Part shown: piece after piece, positions 41,701 to 54,006 of the stretch | Position numbering within the stretch: the first letter of the stretch is position 1 | How the letters are laid out: each line of letters starts with the position of its first letter | Position numbers and translations under genes: made by a program | The notes under the pieces: model-generated | What the model was told of the DNA's origin: nothing | Databases searched by the model: none | The model's input: only the letters and a program-made list of their open reading frames with translations | Assembly (NCBI GenBank): GCA_050084985.1 | Contig: JBITNC010000001.1 | Location: 148,924,001 to 148,988,000 of the forward strand | Source of the DNA: Nageia nagi | Taxonomy: Eukaryota > Plantae > Pinophyta | Length of the DNA: 64,000 nt | Direction of reading: 5' to 3'

Positions 41701-42705
41701 CTGAAATCATATTAGAAAAATGCCAAAATCATAACTATCAAACTATGGATCTAAGGGCTCATGTGCTAGTAATATGTCTTGATTGTAATCAATATCATCC
41801 TCTTCCCTAAGAGAGATACTTGACGAGCTGTTTTTTCCTCCTTACTATTGTCTTTTTCCTCATCATTTTTTTTTTTCTTCTCAAGATTGCACACAAGTAA
41901 AATGGTTATGTGTTTCAATTTGGAATGCTTTATGTTTTTGTTTTTAGGGTTGTGAGGGGATGGAGACATTAGTGGGAGCCACCCCATGTTTCTTTTAAAG
42001 TTGAAAAGTTAAATTTTTAAGTTTTTTGAGTTTGGTTTTTGGTTGGGCATCCATCTCCAGTTGGGAGCGCCTTAGTGCTCCCAGGAGCAGTGGGGTACTC
42101 CTGAGACGCTCCCACTTATCCTGGATGTTTGGGAGCACCCCCCAAAGCTAGGAAACACTCCTGAGAGCATCTCCGAACTGCTCCCCAAAAAGGGAGTGGA
42201 TGGGAGATGCTCCCACTTCCGCTCCCGAACATTGTGATCGCTTGGTTCAACCCTCCCAAAAGGGGGACTGTGCTCCCATGGAACCGTTCTTTTCATACTT
42301 TTCATAAAGCATACAACCAGCATTGGGCGCGCCTTCAACAAGCTTCATCCCGTCTGTAGTGTGCAGTTTTCATTCTTTGCAGTGTGTAGTCTTCACCATC
42401 TATAGTGCGCAGTCTTCACCGTCTCCAGTAAAGAATACTTCAACACCTCTAGATCTTTGCAAAAAGGAAAAATATTTCCACAAGCTTATTGGCAATCTAG
42501 GGCTAGGCTTCTTATGAGAAGGCTCTGATACCATGAAAGATTGGAATAAGAGAGTTTCTTTATTACATTCCTTAATCAAGTATAAATACAAAAGAGAGGA
42601 CCCAAAAATAGAGGAGTTATATTCATCTCATGTGCCTAAAAATAAAATATATCTATAATTAATCACTATCCTATAATTAATCACTAATGTATTATTATTC
42701 TAACA
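38783..42705 (-). mobile_element. Internally deleted Ty1/copia element with short LTRs
   Basis: LTRs 38783-38976 and 42534-42705; perfect TSD aatca; perfect PBS tggtatcagagcc at 42521-42533 (-). Gag (40526-40879) and protease WYVDFGATKYM (about 40210-40240) are followed almost at once by RT (YVDDL, 39797-40087). Integrase is missing. Confidence 0.92.
41332..42288. mobile_element. hAT-type non-autonomous element nested in the copia; same family as 56527-58115, inverted
   Basis: Ends caatgttcca / tggaaccgtt; TSD attttcat/cttttcat. 41525-41575 is the reverse complement of about 57060-57106. Confidence 0.8.
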
Positions 42706-42997
42706 AATCACAAATGTAGAACTTAAAATATGTCTGTTTTGTTTCATGACCGAAGTTTATGTAGCTCCATGTCTGTCTTCTACTATAAAAACTGCAAATA
42801 ACTTATGTGATACAAATATGAATTGTTGTTGATCTTTTGGTCAGTTGGACTTGTGCCAGAAATTTGTCATATCTTGATCTTGACGTGATTGTTATGAAAA
42901 TGACATTGATGTTGTCATATATGCATTGTTATCTGACTGAAATTACTAGAAGTACTAAGAATAATATGTCCTCGGTGTATTTTGTTCTTTCTGTCAG

Positions 42998-43210
42998 GTA
43001 CCATGAAACAGATTGGGAAGGTCCTTGAAGGAATTCAGAGATTGATAGAAAGGAACGTGAACACTCTGCAGAAAAATAGGAAGGACAGGAAAATGTTCTT
43101 AAACATACAAGCTTTCCTAGATTGGTTGTTTTTGCAAACTGGTCGCTGTGAAGAAAAATGTAGAGAGAAATGTATGTGGTTGTTCAGTTCCATTTGTGAA
43201 GCTTTGCCTG
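42998..43210 (+). CDS. PRKDC: DNA-PKcs internal exon
   Basis: tcag|GT...CCTG|gtgagt, phase 1/1. FLDWLFLQTGRCEEKCREKCMWLF resembles [24 protein letters not shown]. Confidence 0.93.
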
Positions 43211-43796
43211 GTGAGTAAAATATTTTTTGAATGGCTGATAGATGATTACTTACAGAATAATAGATGTAGTTGTTGCATGATCCCATTTTTAAGTTGGTCA
43301 GAATACTAGTGCTTTGTGCCAATTTCGACCTAAGAATTGTAAGCTGTTCAAACCTTAAATAAAGCTAGATTTCTAGAATATTCCATTATCTTTTCTTCTA
43401 TTATAAGTTTGGATCCATTTTAAAAACTTCTTTCATTACTAAATATGAAACTTCCTCTAAAGTTTTAATCTGGAACTCACTTCTAAGCATGCATAATATC
43501 TTGAGCTATATTGTCCTTGTTTTCGTTAGTTATAATAAATTCAACTTCTTGGAAATAAGTTTCCATGTATGACTACTATATCTTTGATTATTTGTAAGCT
43601 GCATTTTTTTATGTGCATACTTTTTTGGCCCAGAAGTGTTTTATGGGGGTTTTCAGATGCCAATTCCATAAAATTTAGGCATCTCTGGCATTGTAGAATA
43701 CATATAAATGGAGCTGTCTGGGGATTAATCTGGGGATGTGAATGACATTTTATACTCGTACTGAGATGGAAAAATATTTGCTTTCTACTGTATAGA

Positions 43797-43950
43797 TGTG
43801 AAAAGGCCTGTTTAAGCCATCCTGATGTATCAGGTATAGGTCCACCAGATATGGTCTGGATAAAATTATATCAATTTTGATAGTTGTGAAAAGGCCAGGA
43901 TAAGCCATCTTGATGTATCAGGTATAGATTCACCAGATACGGCCTGGGAA
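43797..43950. repeat. Intronic direct duplication, ~65-bp unit, 88-bp period
   Basis: tgtgaaaaggcc...taagccatc.tgatgtatcaggtatag...caccagata at 43797 and 43885. Confidence 0.8.
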
Positions 43951-44446
43951 ATGGTTCTTGTCACTAACCACATATGGGAGCAGTCATGCACAGCGTATAG
44001 CCATTTCTTGCATATCCAATCCTTTAAGAAAAGTCCAAAAAAAAAAGACAAGAAACAAACGTCTATCAACAAAATTTTTCTTCTTCAGTAAAACTATTTT
44101 TAGTTGAATTTTGTAATTCCTTTTTTTCTGTGCTTTAAATTCTCTTTCCTAGATATATGAATAATAGTTTTGACATTTTTAACTTCTTTTTTGTGGTCAT
44201 GCATGTAGTTGGCCATTCACAGTATCTATGTCCTAGATTAAAATTTGGCATATGGGTGCCCTACCTGTATAACAAGATCAAATCAAATTTTTGTTCTTTA
44301 TTTCACCTAGTTTTTTTAATCAGAGCCACTATCTTTTATTTTCATCAGCAATATGATCAAGGAAGATAAAAAAATGACACCTTTTTTCCTTTCCTTTTTC
44401 TGTGTTTGATAACATTATTTGATGATTTGTTATCCTGTTTGTGTAG

Positions 44447-47400
44447 TTGGCTCCTCGGCCAGTTGGTTCAAGTCCAAATTCAAAAGTGTAGAGCAGGTCA
44501 AAGCTACATTAAATTCTTTTGATATTGGTTTGAGATTTCCAGAACAAAACATTGATGAGTTGACTGTTGAAACGTTTGAGATATGGATGAAAAAAGTTGT
44601 ATGCTCTCTGAATTGGTTTGAATGGGCTTTGAAGGAACGATTAATATCATTAAACAATATGGTTACGGAGACAGGGCAGGAGATCCTCAGCATTGGTTCT
44701 GCTGTCAATATTTTTCTTCAACATTCGTCTTTTGAGGACAAATATCTTGATTTACTGACACCTTTAACTCCTTCACAGAAAGAATCTCATGGATGTCTAA
44801 GGGTGAAGACTGTCTTCCATCTTTTGAAATTTCTAGACGTAATGCTTCATGTTGAACTTGGAACAAAGGAGCAGGATATACAGGTGTCTCAGGAACAGAC
44901 AAAACTTTGTCCAGAAAAGGAGAGCAGAATTCACAGATTTGTACCATATAATGAACTGCATTTTCAAAACTTGATCTGTCAAGTTCTTTTCCAACCACAA
45001 AAAATTGCTTGTTCTTCATTGGAATACCATAACATAGAGGATCTTATGAAACAAACCATGAAAATCATTAAAATGTTGTCAGACACATCGCCGATTTTCA
45101 GAGAATGCTTCATGCAGTTTCTTAGGAGTTTCTTGTCTGAAAAAAAGTTTGAAATCAACTTGAATGTATTTGGCTGCTCAGAAAAGACAGATTTAGTGGA
45201 TACAATGTATATTTTGAAAGGTTATCGACAATTGCACATAGCTGGGGCTTTGATGCCTGTTCTAGGAGTAGAGAATGCAAAAAGCACCGCTCAGAAGTTG
45301 CTAAACAGTGTGTTATCTGTGGAACACGCATTGCCTCCTGCATTACAACCCATTGCTTTAGAGAGTTTATCATTAGCCATAGCATTGGGTGTCACTGCTT
45401 CTGAGTTGTTGGAGTTGGTCTTAGACCGTAAAAGATTGAGTCAGTCCGTGACTGATAACTCAGAAGAGAATCTTGCAGGAAGTCAATTTTATTTTAACTT
45501 CAGAAATGTCATTGTTCAACAAATTAAATTTTCATACAAAGAGTGCCTTTCAGTTGTATTACGAGAATCTGTACATAATTTTACTGCTAGGTTAGCACTC
45601 ATTGCAGTTCTAGATGATTTCTTGATAAGGGAAAGCATTGCAAAGTCTAGTTTCCTTAAAGAATTCCTTAATCACTTTCAACTTCTTAAGCCATGCTGTG
45701 ATCCTGAAGCTACTCTTAGTGACAAGCTGTTCTTTTTGGAGATTTTACAGAAGTTATTTATGATGGATACTACTTGTGACACCATGCTAGCAAAGAACCA
45801 GCCATCTTATTCTTTTATAATCGAGAGCTATTTCATATTCTTCAACAACACTCATGTTGCTGCTGAATATGCGGCTAGCAAATTGTTACAAAGAAATACG
45901 GCAATGACAGTAATGAGTAATGCATTTGTTCTGACTCCTTATTTCTTCAAGTATTCTATTAAGAATACTGTTTTATTTCGTTTAGTAGATACCTTGACAA
46001 AAGTCGTGACTGATCATTTGTTAGTTCGAGAAACAGATATCCCTCAAGGTTCAAATGAAAGGGTTTCTTATATTCAGATGCTTCAGAGACTTGAACAAGC
46101 AGTATTAGCAGCCAAAAGGTTGGAACTCTTGGAGGTTGTTTTCCCACTTTTCCAAAGTCATGTAGAACTAGCAAGAAAAAAGGCACAAGAGATACTGGAA
46201 TTGTATGCAGAAATGGTTGGGGAAAATGGAGGAATTGAATGCACACATTGTTTTCAAATGCTGAATGATTCTGGCAAATACCTGAGACTCAGGCGTGCTG
46301 TGTTTGACTATTTATTTGTCCCAGTGATCAATAGAGCTTCTACTGATTTTATTGTTGGCTGGTATGAACAGCACATTGCAGAGTTTAAAAACATACTTGA
46401 TAGGCGTCCAGAAAGAATTCAAGGTACATTGGAAACGGAACAGGATTATCTTGTGGTTAGAATCTGCCATTATAAAATGGTTGAATTGTTGTTTAGTAGA
46501 GTGGATGCAAAAGCAATTAAGGATAGAATCACTCCTATTATCTCCAATCAAGCATTGATGCAATATGCAACGAGCGATTCACGTGCAAAACATGATCCTT
46601 TCACCTTTCCCTTTCCAGAGAACATTATTTTATGGCGTGAGATGCATATTGCAGCTTACAACTGTCTTGCAGAAATTGTAATGCGGACTCAGGATCAGGA
46701 AAAGTTATATGCAGTTCTTTTCAAAGAATTTCCTGGAAAACCTCTTTGGCAGAACATTGTCGACTGCTCCAAGGTTTATAACAACTTTCCTGTTGAAACT
46801 TCAATGTTGCAAACTGATTATCTTGTTGTGAAGAGTATGCGATCAGAAAGGAATCATATAAAGAGAAATGGTGGGGTGCTTTCACTTTCATCTCAATATC
46901 TTGGTGCAACACTTACTGAAGAACCAGTTCTGATAAGCACATTTTTAAATGAGTCTCAAAAAGGAACTGGAGATGAAGCACGTGTTGATGCTGTACATGA
47001 TAGCAGTCAGGTTGTAGGAGGCGGCTCTGAAGGGAATGACTTGAGGGCCATTCAAAATAATGGGGATGAGATTGTTGAGAAAGAATTACTTGATCAAGAT
47101 GATTTTGATCAACATCCATCCATGGGAACCATCCTGAAGTTAATAGAGCATTGCCGAGATAAATTTGGTTTGAAGTCATCTGATGATGAAATGCCAGAAT
47201 GGATGAAATGTCTTTTTGCAACATTCGATAATGCGGTTACTCCTATAAATGTATGCTTGTTTATAGCAAAAATCATCACCAAAGCACGGAAGGTGTTTGC
47301 CTCTTTTGCTTCAGCCTGGTTTCGGCCATACGTTCAAGTTATTCTAAGAGATCCTGATCATTCTGGAGGGAGAACATTTCACTACATGCTTAGAGATATA

Positions 47401-48513
47401 TGCATTACCCTTTTAGAGTGGAACTTGCCTGTTCTGCCTGATGTTCCTTTAGCTTCTGGTTTTGTGAACCATTTAGTTTCAGTGGCAGGGCATACGTCAA
47501 AATTGGTTCTACAGGCTAACTTGGAGATCATAAGGCTTTTCATGCAGACATGGAAAGATTCTGTAAGCCTTGATAGACGTACAGTTGTTCACTACCTTAC
47601 AGTTGGTGGAGCAAATCCAAATCTGAATGACAAATCAATAGGCATCAAGAGGTCTGTTGGTTTGCAGATTCTTGGAGCAATGGCAGCATCTGATATCTCA
47701 CTATGCAGTTCATCAGATGATCTTAGTGTGTCTGAGTATGATCTTTGTAGAGCTCTTCTTCTTAATATAAAGTGCAAGGTGAAGAATGTATATAAGGCTG
47801 CAGCAGAGCTCATTGGAATAGTATTAAAATATACAGAAGAAGGAAAACTCAACATCAAGGAGCACATGCTGCACTCACCTCTGAAGCAAGCTCTTGTGTC
47901 ACTTTTAAAAGATGCAGATCCTGGGCAGTTTTTAAACATTATTGACAAAATCACAATCCACTTTCCTTCATATCTTGACAGTTATGCTCCAATGGTTCTG
48001 GATCTGTTGCCACGCATACATGGTGTGTTTAGGGTTATTGCCTTGGATATTCTCCTACGCAGACCAGGTGCCATCCCTAATCTATTCAACACAATTGCCC
48101 CCTTGCTATCGAAACTACTAACACACAGGGATGAAATTGCTCAGTTCAAATCTTTGCAGCTTGTTGCTGAGCTTGTCAAGAACCTGCCTGATTCCAAGAT
48201 AACAGAAAAAGTGCTTCCTGTACTCTGTGAGACATTTACTGCTCATGAAAATATTGATTGCAGAAAAGAATATTTCAATATTCTGATTTTTATGTACAAA
48301 GAAAAAGGTATGGAGGAAAATGAGTTGTTGCGCCATCACTTATTGTTAGGCCTGATCGATAATTCTGATGCAGTGAAGCATGATCTACAAAACTTTTGGC
48401 ATTCAGAACTCTCTCATGATCTTTGTCCACGTTTCCTTCAGACCATAAAATATATTTATGATCCAGATATAGAAGACCACTGGGCACAAATTACAATTAC
48501 TCTATTGTTAAAG
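44447..48513 (+). CDS. PRKDC: DNA-PKcs giant exon (4,067 bp; HEAT solenoid and PQR-cluster-equivalent region)
   Basis: gtgtag|TT...AAG|gtatgg, phase 1/0; open for ~1,355 codons. Motifs: HIAAYNCL, LWQNIVD, MPEWMKCL, NVCLFIAKII, GGRTFHYMLRDI, VYKAAAELIGIVL, LLTHRDE, LLLGLID...LQNFWH. Confidence 0.95.
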
Positions 48514-48638
48514 GTATGGATTCAGGTGTTCAGTCTCTGATATTAGTGTCATGCTCTTATTTTTCATAGTTTGTCTTCGTAAGATGTATGTGTTAAAAAA
48601 TTCTCTGATGCCATGTTCAAAGAAATTCCTTTTTGCAG

Positions 48639-49183
48639 CTTTGTGAGGATTCAGTTGATTTTGGGCGTCCAGTGTTCAATGCCCCTCTTTCAGATTGTAA
48701 CTTCCATGAATACACCATTAACACATCATGGTTGGGCGGAACATTGCCAATGACTCCTCTCTTTTCAGAGTCACAGTTTCCTAATTTGAATTCACAGGAT
48801 AATGCCATCCAGAACTCTCAATATTTTTATACCAAAGGCAGCACCAGAAGTCAAAATATCATACGTGCAACATTTATTGCCATCACAGTCACAGTTGCTT
48901 TCACAGACTCAAAGTTCAATATCTGGAGATATGGAAACTGGGAGTCCCCTCGTACCACTGTTACGATATGATGGTAGAAGTAGTCTTGGTAGCTTTCAAC
49001 ATGAAGGAGGAGCTGTTGTTGACAAACGCACTGGACTAAAACGACGAATATTACATTCTGCTGTTGCTAGTTCCCAAGCTAAAATCAATGCACTAAATGC
49101 ATTGCGTAGAAGACAGTCCCGATTATCACAACAATCTCTTGAACGAGCAAACAGGGTACAAATGACGAGGAGATATCGGATAG
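48639..49183 (+). CDS. PRKDC: DNA-PKcs exon carrying the ABCDE-type S/T-Q cluster; contains an apparent +1 frameshift at about 48873
   Basis: tgcag|CTT...ATAG|gttggt. First frame: FNAPLSDCNFHEYTINTSW...MTPLFSESQ...IIRAT. Second frame: LLPSQSQLLSQTQ...GLKRRI...VQMTRRYRIG. Both match the vertebrate order (PLSECEFQEYTIDSDW, TPMFVETQ, QIRATQ, VVLYRSYRHG). Confidence 0.88.
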
Positions 49184-49370
49184 GTTGGTGATGTTTGGTA
49201 TATTAGTCCTTTGAATAAATTTTCACAGTTCTGTTTCTCTGTGGTGCATGCACACAAAAAATAAAATTCTTCTCTACACATGCAAGAAATGCCTGTTACT
49301 AAGTTCTGTCTGTTGAAGTTTTCTGTATATATGGTGAGATGAAATGATGTACTTTATTTTCTTTATTCAG

Positions 49371-50009
49371 GAGAACTTCCAGACATTGAAATCGCACACA
49401 AGGACATTATAAATCCTCTGTCCGCTTTAGCTGAGAAAGATGATGTGTTTGCCAGGCTTTTGCTTGCTGTCCTTTGTCATTCTATGAATTCTCTACAAGA
49501 TAATGAGCTGAAGAAAGCAGAGAATGAATTAAAAATTTCTGTGAGAGATGGTATTGAAGAGGCACTGCAAAGGACTAGAAATGGAGTATCATTTGTGGGA
49601 TGTGCTATGGATCTTTGTTTAGGAATTAAAGAATCTTGGATACAACCAAAACTTATTGGTTCTGCTTCTCAAAAATCAAGAAATTTCCATACTGGAATAC
49701 TTTTCTTAGAGAATGTGATTTTACATGAGACACCTCCAGATCAGGTTGGTGAAGCAAGTAGAAAAAGGCATTGCGGACCAAACAGGAGAGTTAGTGGGGA
49801 AGATGTTCTTGTTGAGGCTTGGTTAGAACTTGTGAAGTTGTACAAGTCAATTGGGGAATATGATATTGTACTTTCAATTTACAGAAATAGCCTTACCAAA
49901 GCAGCAATAACCGGACGTTCTCTGGAAGCTCAATTGCATGGGGAATCTAGCAAGGCTCTGCAACTTTATGACAATGCTTTAAATCAATTTGAAGGGTCAA
50001 ATGCTGAAG
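49371..50009 (+). CDS. PRKDC: DNA-PKcs internal exon (entry to FAT region)
   Basis: ttcag|GA...GAAG|gtggat, phase 1/1. GELPDIEIAHKDIINPLSALAEKD resembles [24 protein letters not shown]; also WLELVKLYKSIGEYDIV. Confidence 0.95.
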
Positions 50010-50139
50010 GTGGATTTCTTTACTTAATATAGCATCTTATTTTCCCATTTTCTTTCATGCTAGTCTCTTTTCACTGTAAATCTACAACCTACCCATTATT
50101 TATTTAGCTAATGCTAAGCAATATTCAATATAATTTCAG

Positions 50140-50650
50140 GTATTGACATCACCAGTATAGAACAAGATATTTGGTACAACCAGCGGTTACAATGTTTGGT
50201 GGACTTGAATCGTTGGACGGACATAATGGAGGATACACTCTTTCAAATAAGAAATGAATATTCTGAAGAACCAAACTTCCAGAGATTTTGGTCTCCAGGT
50301 GTACAAGATCCTTACCTTGGTCTTTTCATCAAGGGATCTCTTAAATTGACAAATTATAGTTCCTTATTATCAAAATTTGTACAGGACACACTTGATCCAT
50401 TAAAAAAAGAATTGTTATGTGATGAGTTCAGTATAGAGCTTGCAACTTTGGCTGTAATAAATGATCAGTCTGACCTTGCCAAATTTTACATTCAAAAAAG
50501 TTATGACTGTTTCAGAAAGCAGTGGTCATCCATTCATCCACTTGCAACTGTGAGCAGACATCTACTAGTAAGGAAACTTCAGCGGATCATTGAGCTGGAT
50601 GAATTTGTTGACCTTATCCCGTCTACAAACCTGAGGGTTCAACTGCAAAG
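50140..50650 (+). CDS. PRKDC: DNA-PKcs internal exon (FAT domain)
   Basis: ttcag|GT...AAAG|gtatat, phase 1/2. EQDIWYNQRLQCLVDLNRW; AKFYI...F...WSSIHPL...LQRIIELDEF. Confidence 0.92.
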
Positions 50651-50836
50651 GTATATGTTTCTTAAATATGTTTGTTGTGTCTTAAGTAAATCTTAGTAAG
50701 CTGGTGTTTGGCATACAGAGCACTACGAAGTACGATGTGATGGTTGACATTGCATGTGCACTCGTTATGAATTACTTTTTGTTCTCCATTATGTCACTTT
50801 CTTTGTATAATGTTATCTGTTTGTCTCTCCTTTTAG

Positions 50837-51077
50837 GTTGCTTTCACTGTGGCAGAATCGTTGGCCTGCACCTGAGTTTGATGATATTGAGGCCTGGGAT
50901 GACATTGTTCAAAACAGGCTCTTGTGTATTCAAAAATCGCAAGGTCTTGTAAGAAAACATGAAGGTGATGAAAATTTTGGTAGGCAGCTGGCTGTCGATC
51001 TGGAATCAGAGCGGGCTCATATCTTCTTTCAAGCTGCAAGAGGACTGATGAGGCAAGGTTCATACGATGCTGCCCAG
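50837..51077 (+). CDS. PRKDC: DNA-PKcs internal exon (FAT domain); last exon found, gene continues past the window
   Basis: tttag|G...CAG|gtaatc, phase 2/0. RLLSLWQNRWPAPEFDDIEAWDDIVQNR resembles [28 protein letters not shown]. Confidence 0.93.
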
Positions 51078-53868
51078 GTAATCCTAATGTTGCAAATCTA
51101 ATGCCATTTTTCAGTCTGTTGGAAAATAGATCTTGTTCTTTGCATGGCTTTCAGTATAACACCAGGACTATCTAACGTTTCACAAAAAATCTTGACCCTT
51201 TTAGATAAATTTGATGGTATTCTTTCTATCAACTTCTTTGACAGTTTGTAGGATCTATCTACAATGTTGATCTCCCATTTTCATATTTACAGCATTTGTT
51301 GCAACATTTTAATATTTGTGAAAATTCTATTCATTAGTAGCGATTTGTATTGGCTGTACTTAGAGAGGAACATTCAAAACTTTGTTAAGCTTTCGTGTTG
51401 TGTAAAACCTTCAAATGTAAAGCTACAGCACACACTTTTCAGCTCCAAGATTACTGTGGGTAAGTATTTTGGACTTGGTAGGTGATTTACCAGGAACTAT
51501 GGGAATCTGAATCTCTTTGTACAGGTTTGATTCCTTGCAAGAAGCTTTATATTAGATTAGATGCTGCCAAATTGTTCTTCAATCTGTTATGTTGTAAATT
51601 TCTGGCGGATACATTTTACTGTTGAGCTAACTTTGAACTGTCTGTTGGAAACTTTTGGACCCCAAGTAGTTCCAACTGCATTTCATTCATTGGTTGGTGA
51701 CCAAATGTAAATGATAACCATGATTAATTAGTTAAAAAGTAATCAAATAATAAAGAACAAAGAGCGAAGGAATTCAACACAAAGCCAAAGAGTCAAAGAA
51801 GCAAGGTGTACAAAATATATTAGAATTTTAATTAATGAAAATACAATGTAATCGAGAGATAAACCTTATCACAGAGATACTTAACAAAAACATTTCCATG
51901 TGATGATCAACAATGTGGTGTGTTGGAATTCTAATACATGAGAGAGATAGAACTCCAAACATGCTTTGTTTGGAGGGGGATTCGTAGTCCAAATAATGAA
52001 ATAACCTTGAAAGTTGGGTAGGATTTAACCTTGAAAGTATAGGTTGGTTGCTAATGTATCTTCACAAATACACCAATAATGCTGAAGTCAGGATTATGTT
52101 TTCCCAACATGTCATAAGCTTGAATCGGGGAAAATGCAGACAATCTAACCACATGAATATTACAATCTATATGAAGGAAAAATAAATAATATATATTTGT
52201 GAAATAGAGATTATTAGAAACCTCTTTTAACATTTATTTGGAGAAGAAAATATATAAATTGATCAAGGAAAAATTAACTTTCCCAATAAGAAAAAAGATA
52301 GCAATGAACAAGTGCTGAAGCTAAATGTGATCAATCTATAATCCTGTAAATGTAAGAGCTGAAGACATAAATGTTTCAAAGATGATGCAAGATGCTAAGC
52401 TTTATCTGGATGCTTACTTCAGCTAGATGATCAACTACGAAAGAGCTTCATATTGAAGCCATGCTGGAAGTCTTATCTTCGCACTAATTACAGAATCCTT
52501 TGCCATAATTAATTTAGATTATCTACAAATGTTGGTCTTCCTTCTCACTTTGCCCCCTAATCTTCTTGTCTGTAACGTTTATAACAAATTTCATGGAATA
52601 ATTCCATATCTTGTCTGCGATGCAGATTCTCACCCCTGGCAAGTAATGCATGTTGATCTTCTTGGACTACAACAGCGTGGAAAATGAGTGATCATTTCCG
52701 CTATGAAGATCATGCAGGAAGTTGATATGCAAAAAGAAAATGAACTTTGGAAAATGCAAAATGATCAAACCTATCATGATTTGGTTGGAGACCTATTCTA
52801 GCCCCAAAAGCTGAGAAAGACAAGCAAGAACTTAGATGAGCAAGTTATTTTGAAGACAAGTGAATGGTATTGATTGCCTCTTTGGCTCTGTGATGCTTGT
52901 TAAGATTTGTGCTAACACATTGAGCTCAAAGCAATAATTTTTTGAGACTTGTAAAACCAAGGTGATTGGGAGAGCACAGTTGTCTATCCATAATGGGTGT
53001 CAAGGGATGTAATAAATCTTGATGGTGATTAGGCATTCCTTTTTTGTGAATAGCAATAAAGTATGTAGTATATAAAACATGAAAACATAGTTCAAATTTG
53101 ATAATTTTACAATGTTTTTATAATATTGGTAAACCCTTTTTTAAATTTAATGAAGGGTATTTAAACTTTTTCTTCATGTTCTACTATGTAGGAATAGGAA
53201 GATTTGGACCTGAACCTCCCATGGAGCATTCCCATTACTTTCCTAACTCCTCTAACATGGGTGGACATTTTGCAATGTGAGTTAACACATAATTCAAAAT
53301 TTGATGATTTAGAAAGTGATAATTCAGAGCATGATAATCCAAAAAATAATATTTCTGAGAGTGTTAATGAAGAAAATGATAAATGTAGAAATGAGAATAC
53401 AAAAATGATAGATGTTAAAATGATATTATAGAAAACGATAATGCAAAAATGTTAATTTTAGTTATTATTTCAAAATATAATTGAAATAAAAATGCAGATT
53501 TTTGAGAGAAACAAATGATTTTATCTGAGTTTGCAAGAGATAATGCAGTTGAGACGTATAGGTCTAGAATATTGAATGCTCATCATTATAGGATGCTTGG
53601 TTCTAAAGTAGATGGTTGGTCCTAGAGAAGATGTTTTATCCTAGAGCGCAAGCATTCTAGGATAGTTAGTATAGCGGCGTCTGATGGTGCAAGGAATTGC
53701 AAGACAAAACCTAAACCAAAGTTTAGAAAATACAATGAAGAAAAAGGCTAAAGTTCAAGCATAGTATCTTCTTAGGTGTATGATGTTTATTGGTTTTAGA
53801 AATTCCTTTGTGTTCGTTGTTGGCAACTTGTATGATATGGGGATTGCTTCATTACTTGGATAAATGAA

Positions 53869-54006
53869 TACTATTCTTTCCCTTTCTCCAATGGCATAGT
53901 TTGAGCCATCAAATAATAGGCTCTATATGTTATCATCACTTTCTGCAAAATTCACACACTTAATTGGAAATTCTTCGTTAAAAGGGTTTAGTATTACTTG
54001 AAGGAG
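53869..54006 (+). repeat. Diverged ~140-bp dispersed repeat; second copy at about 63633-63767
   Basis: Shared colinear blocks tactattctttccc, ccaatgg, atatgttatcatca, tgcaaaattca and ttagtattact.gaaggag. Confidence 0.7.

Noticed and set aside
44419-48540. Stand-alone 1,373-aa gene
   Set aside because: The listed start is a TTG in intron sequence; splice sites at 44447 and 48513 fit the neighbouring exons in phase.
48770-48906. Small intron explaining the frameshift
   Set aside because: The GT-AG pairs I tested give 3n or 3n+2 lengths, have poor donor consensus, and several would remove the conserved IRAT motif. The test was not exhaustive.
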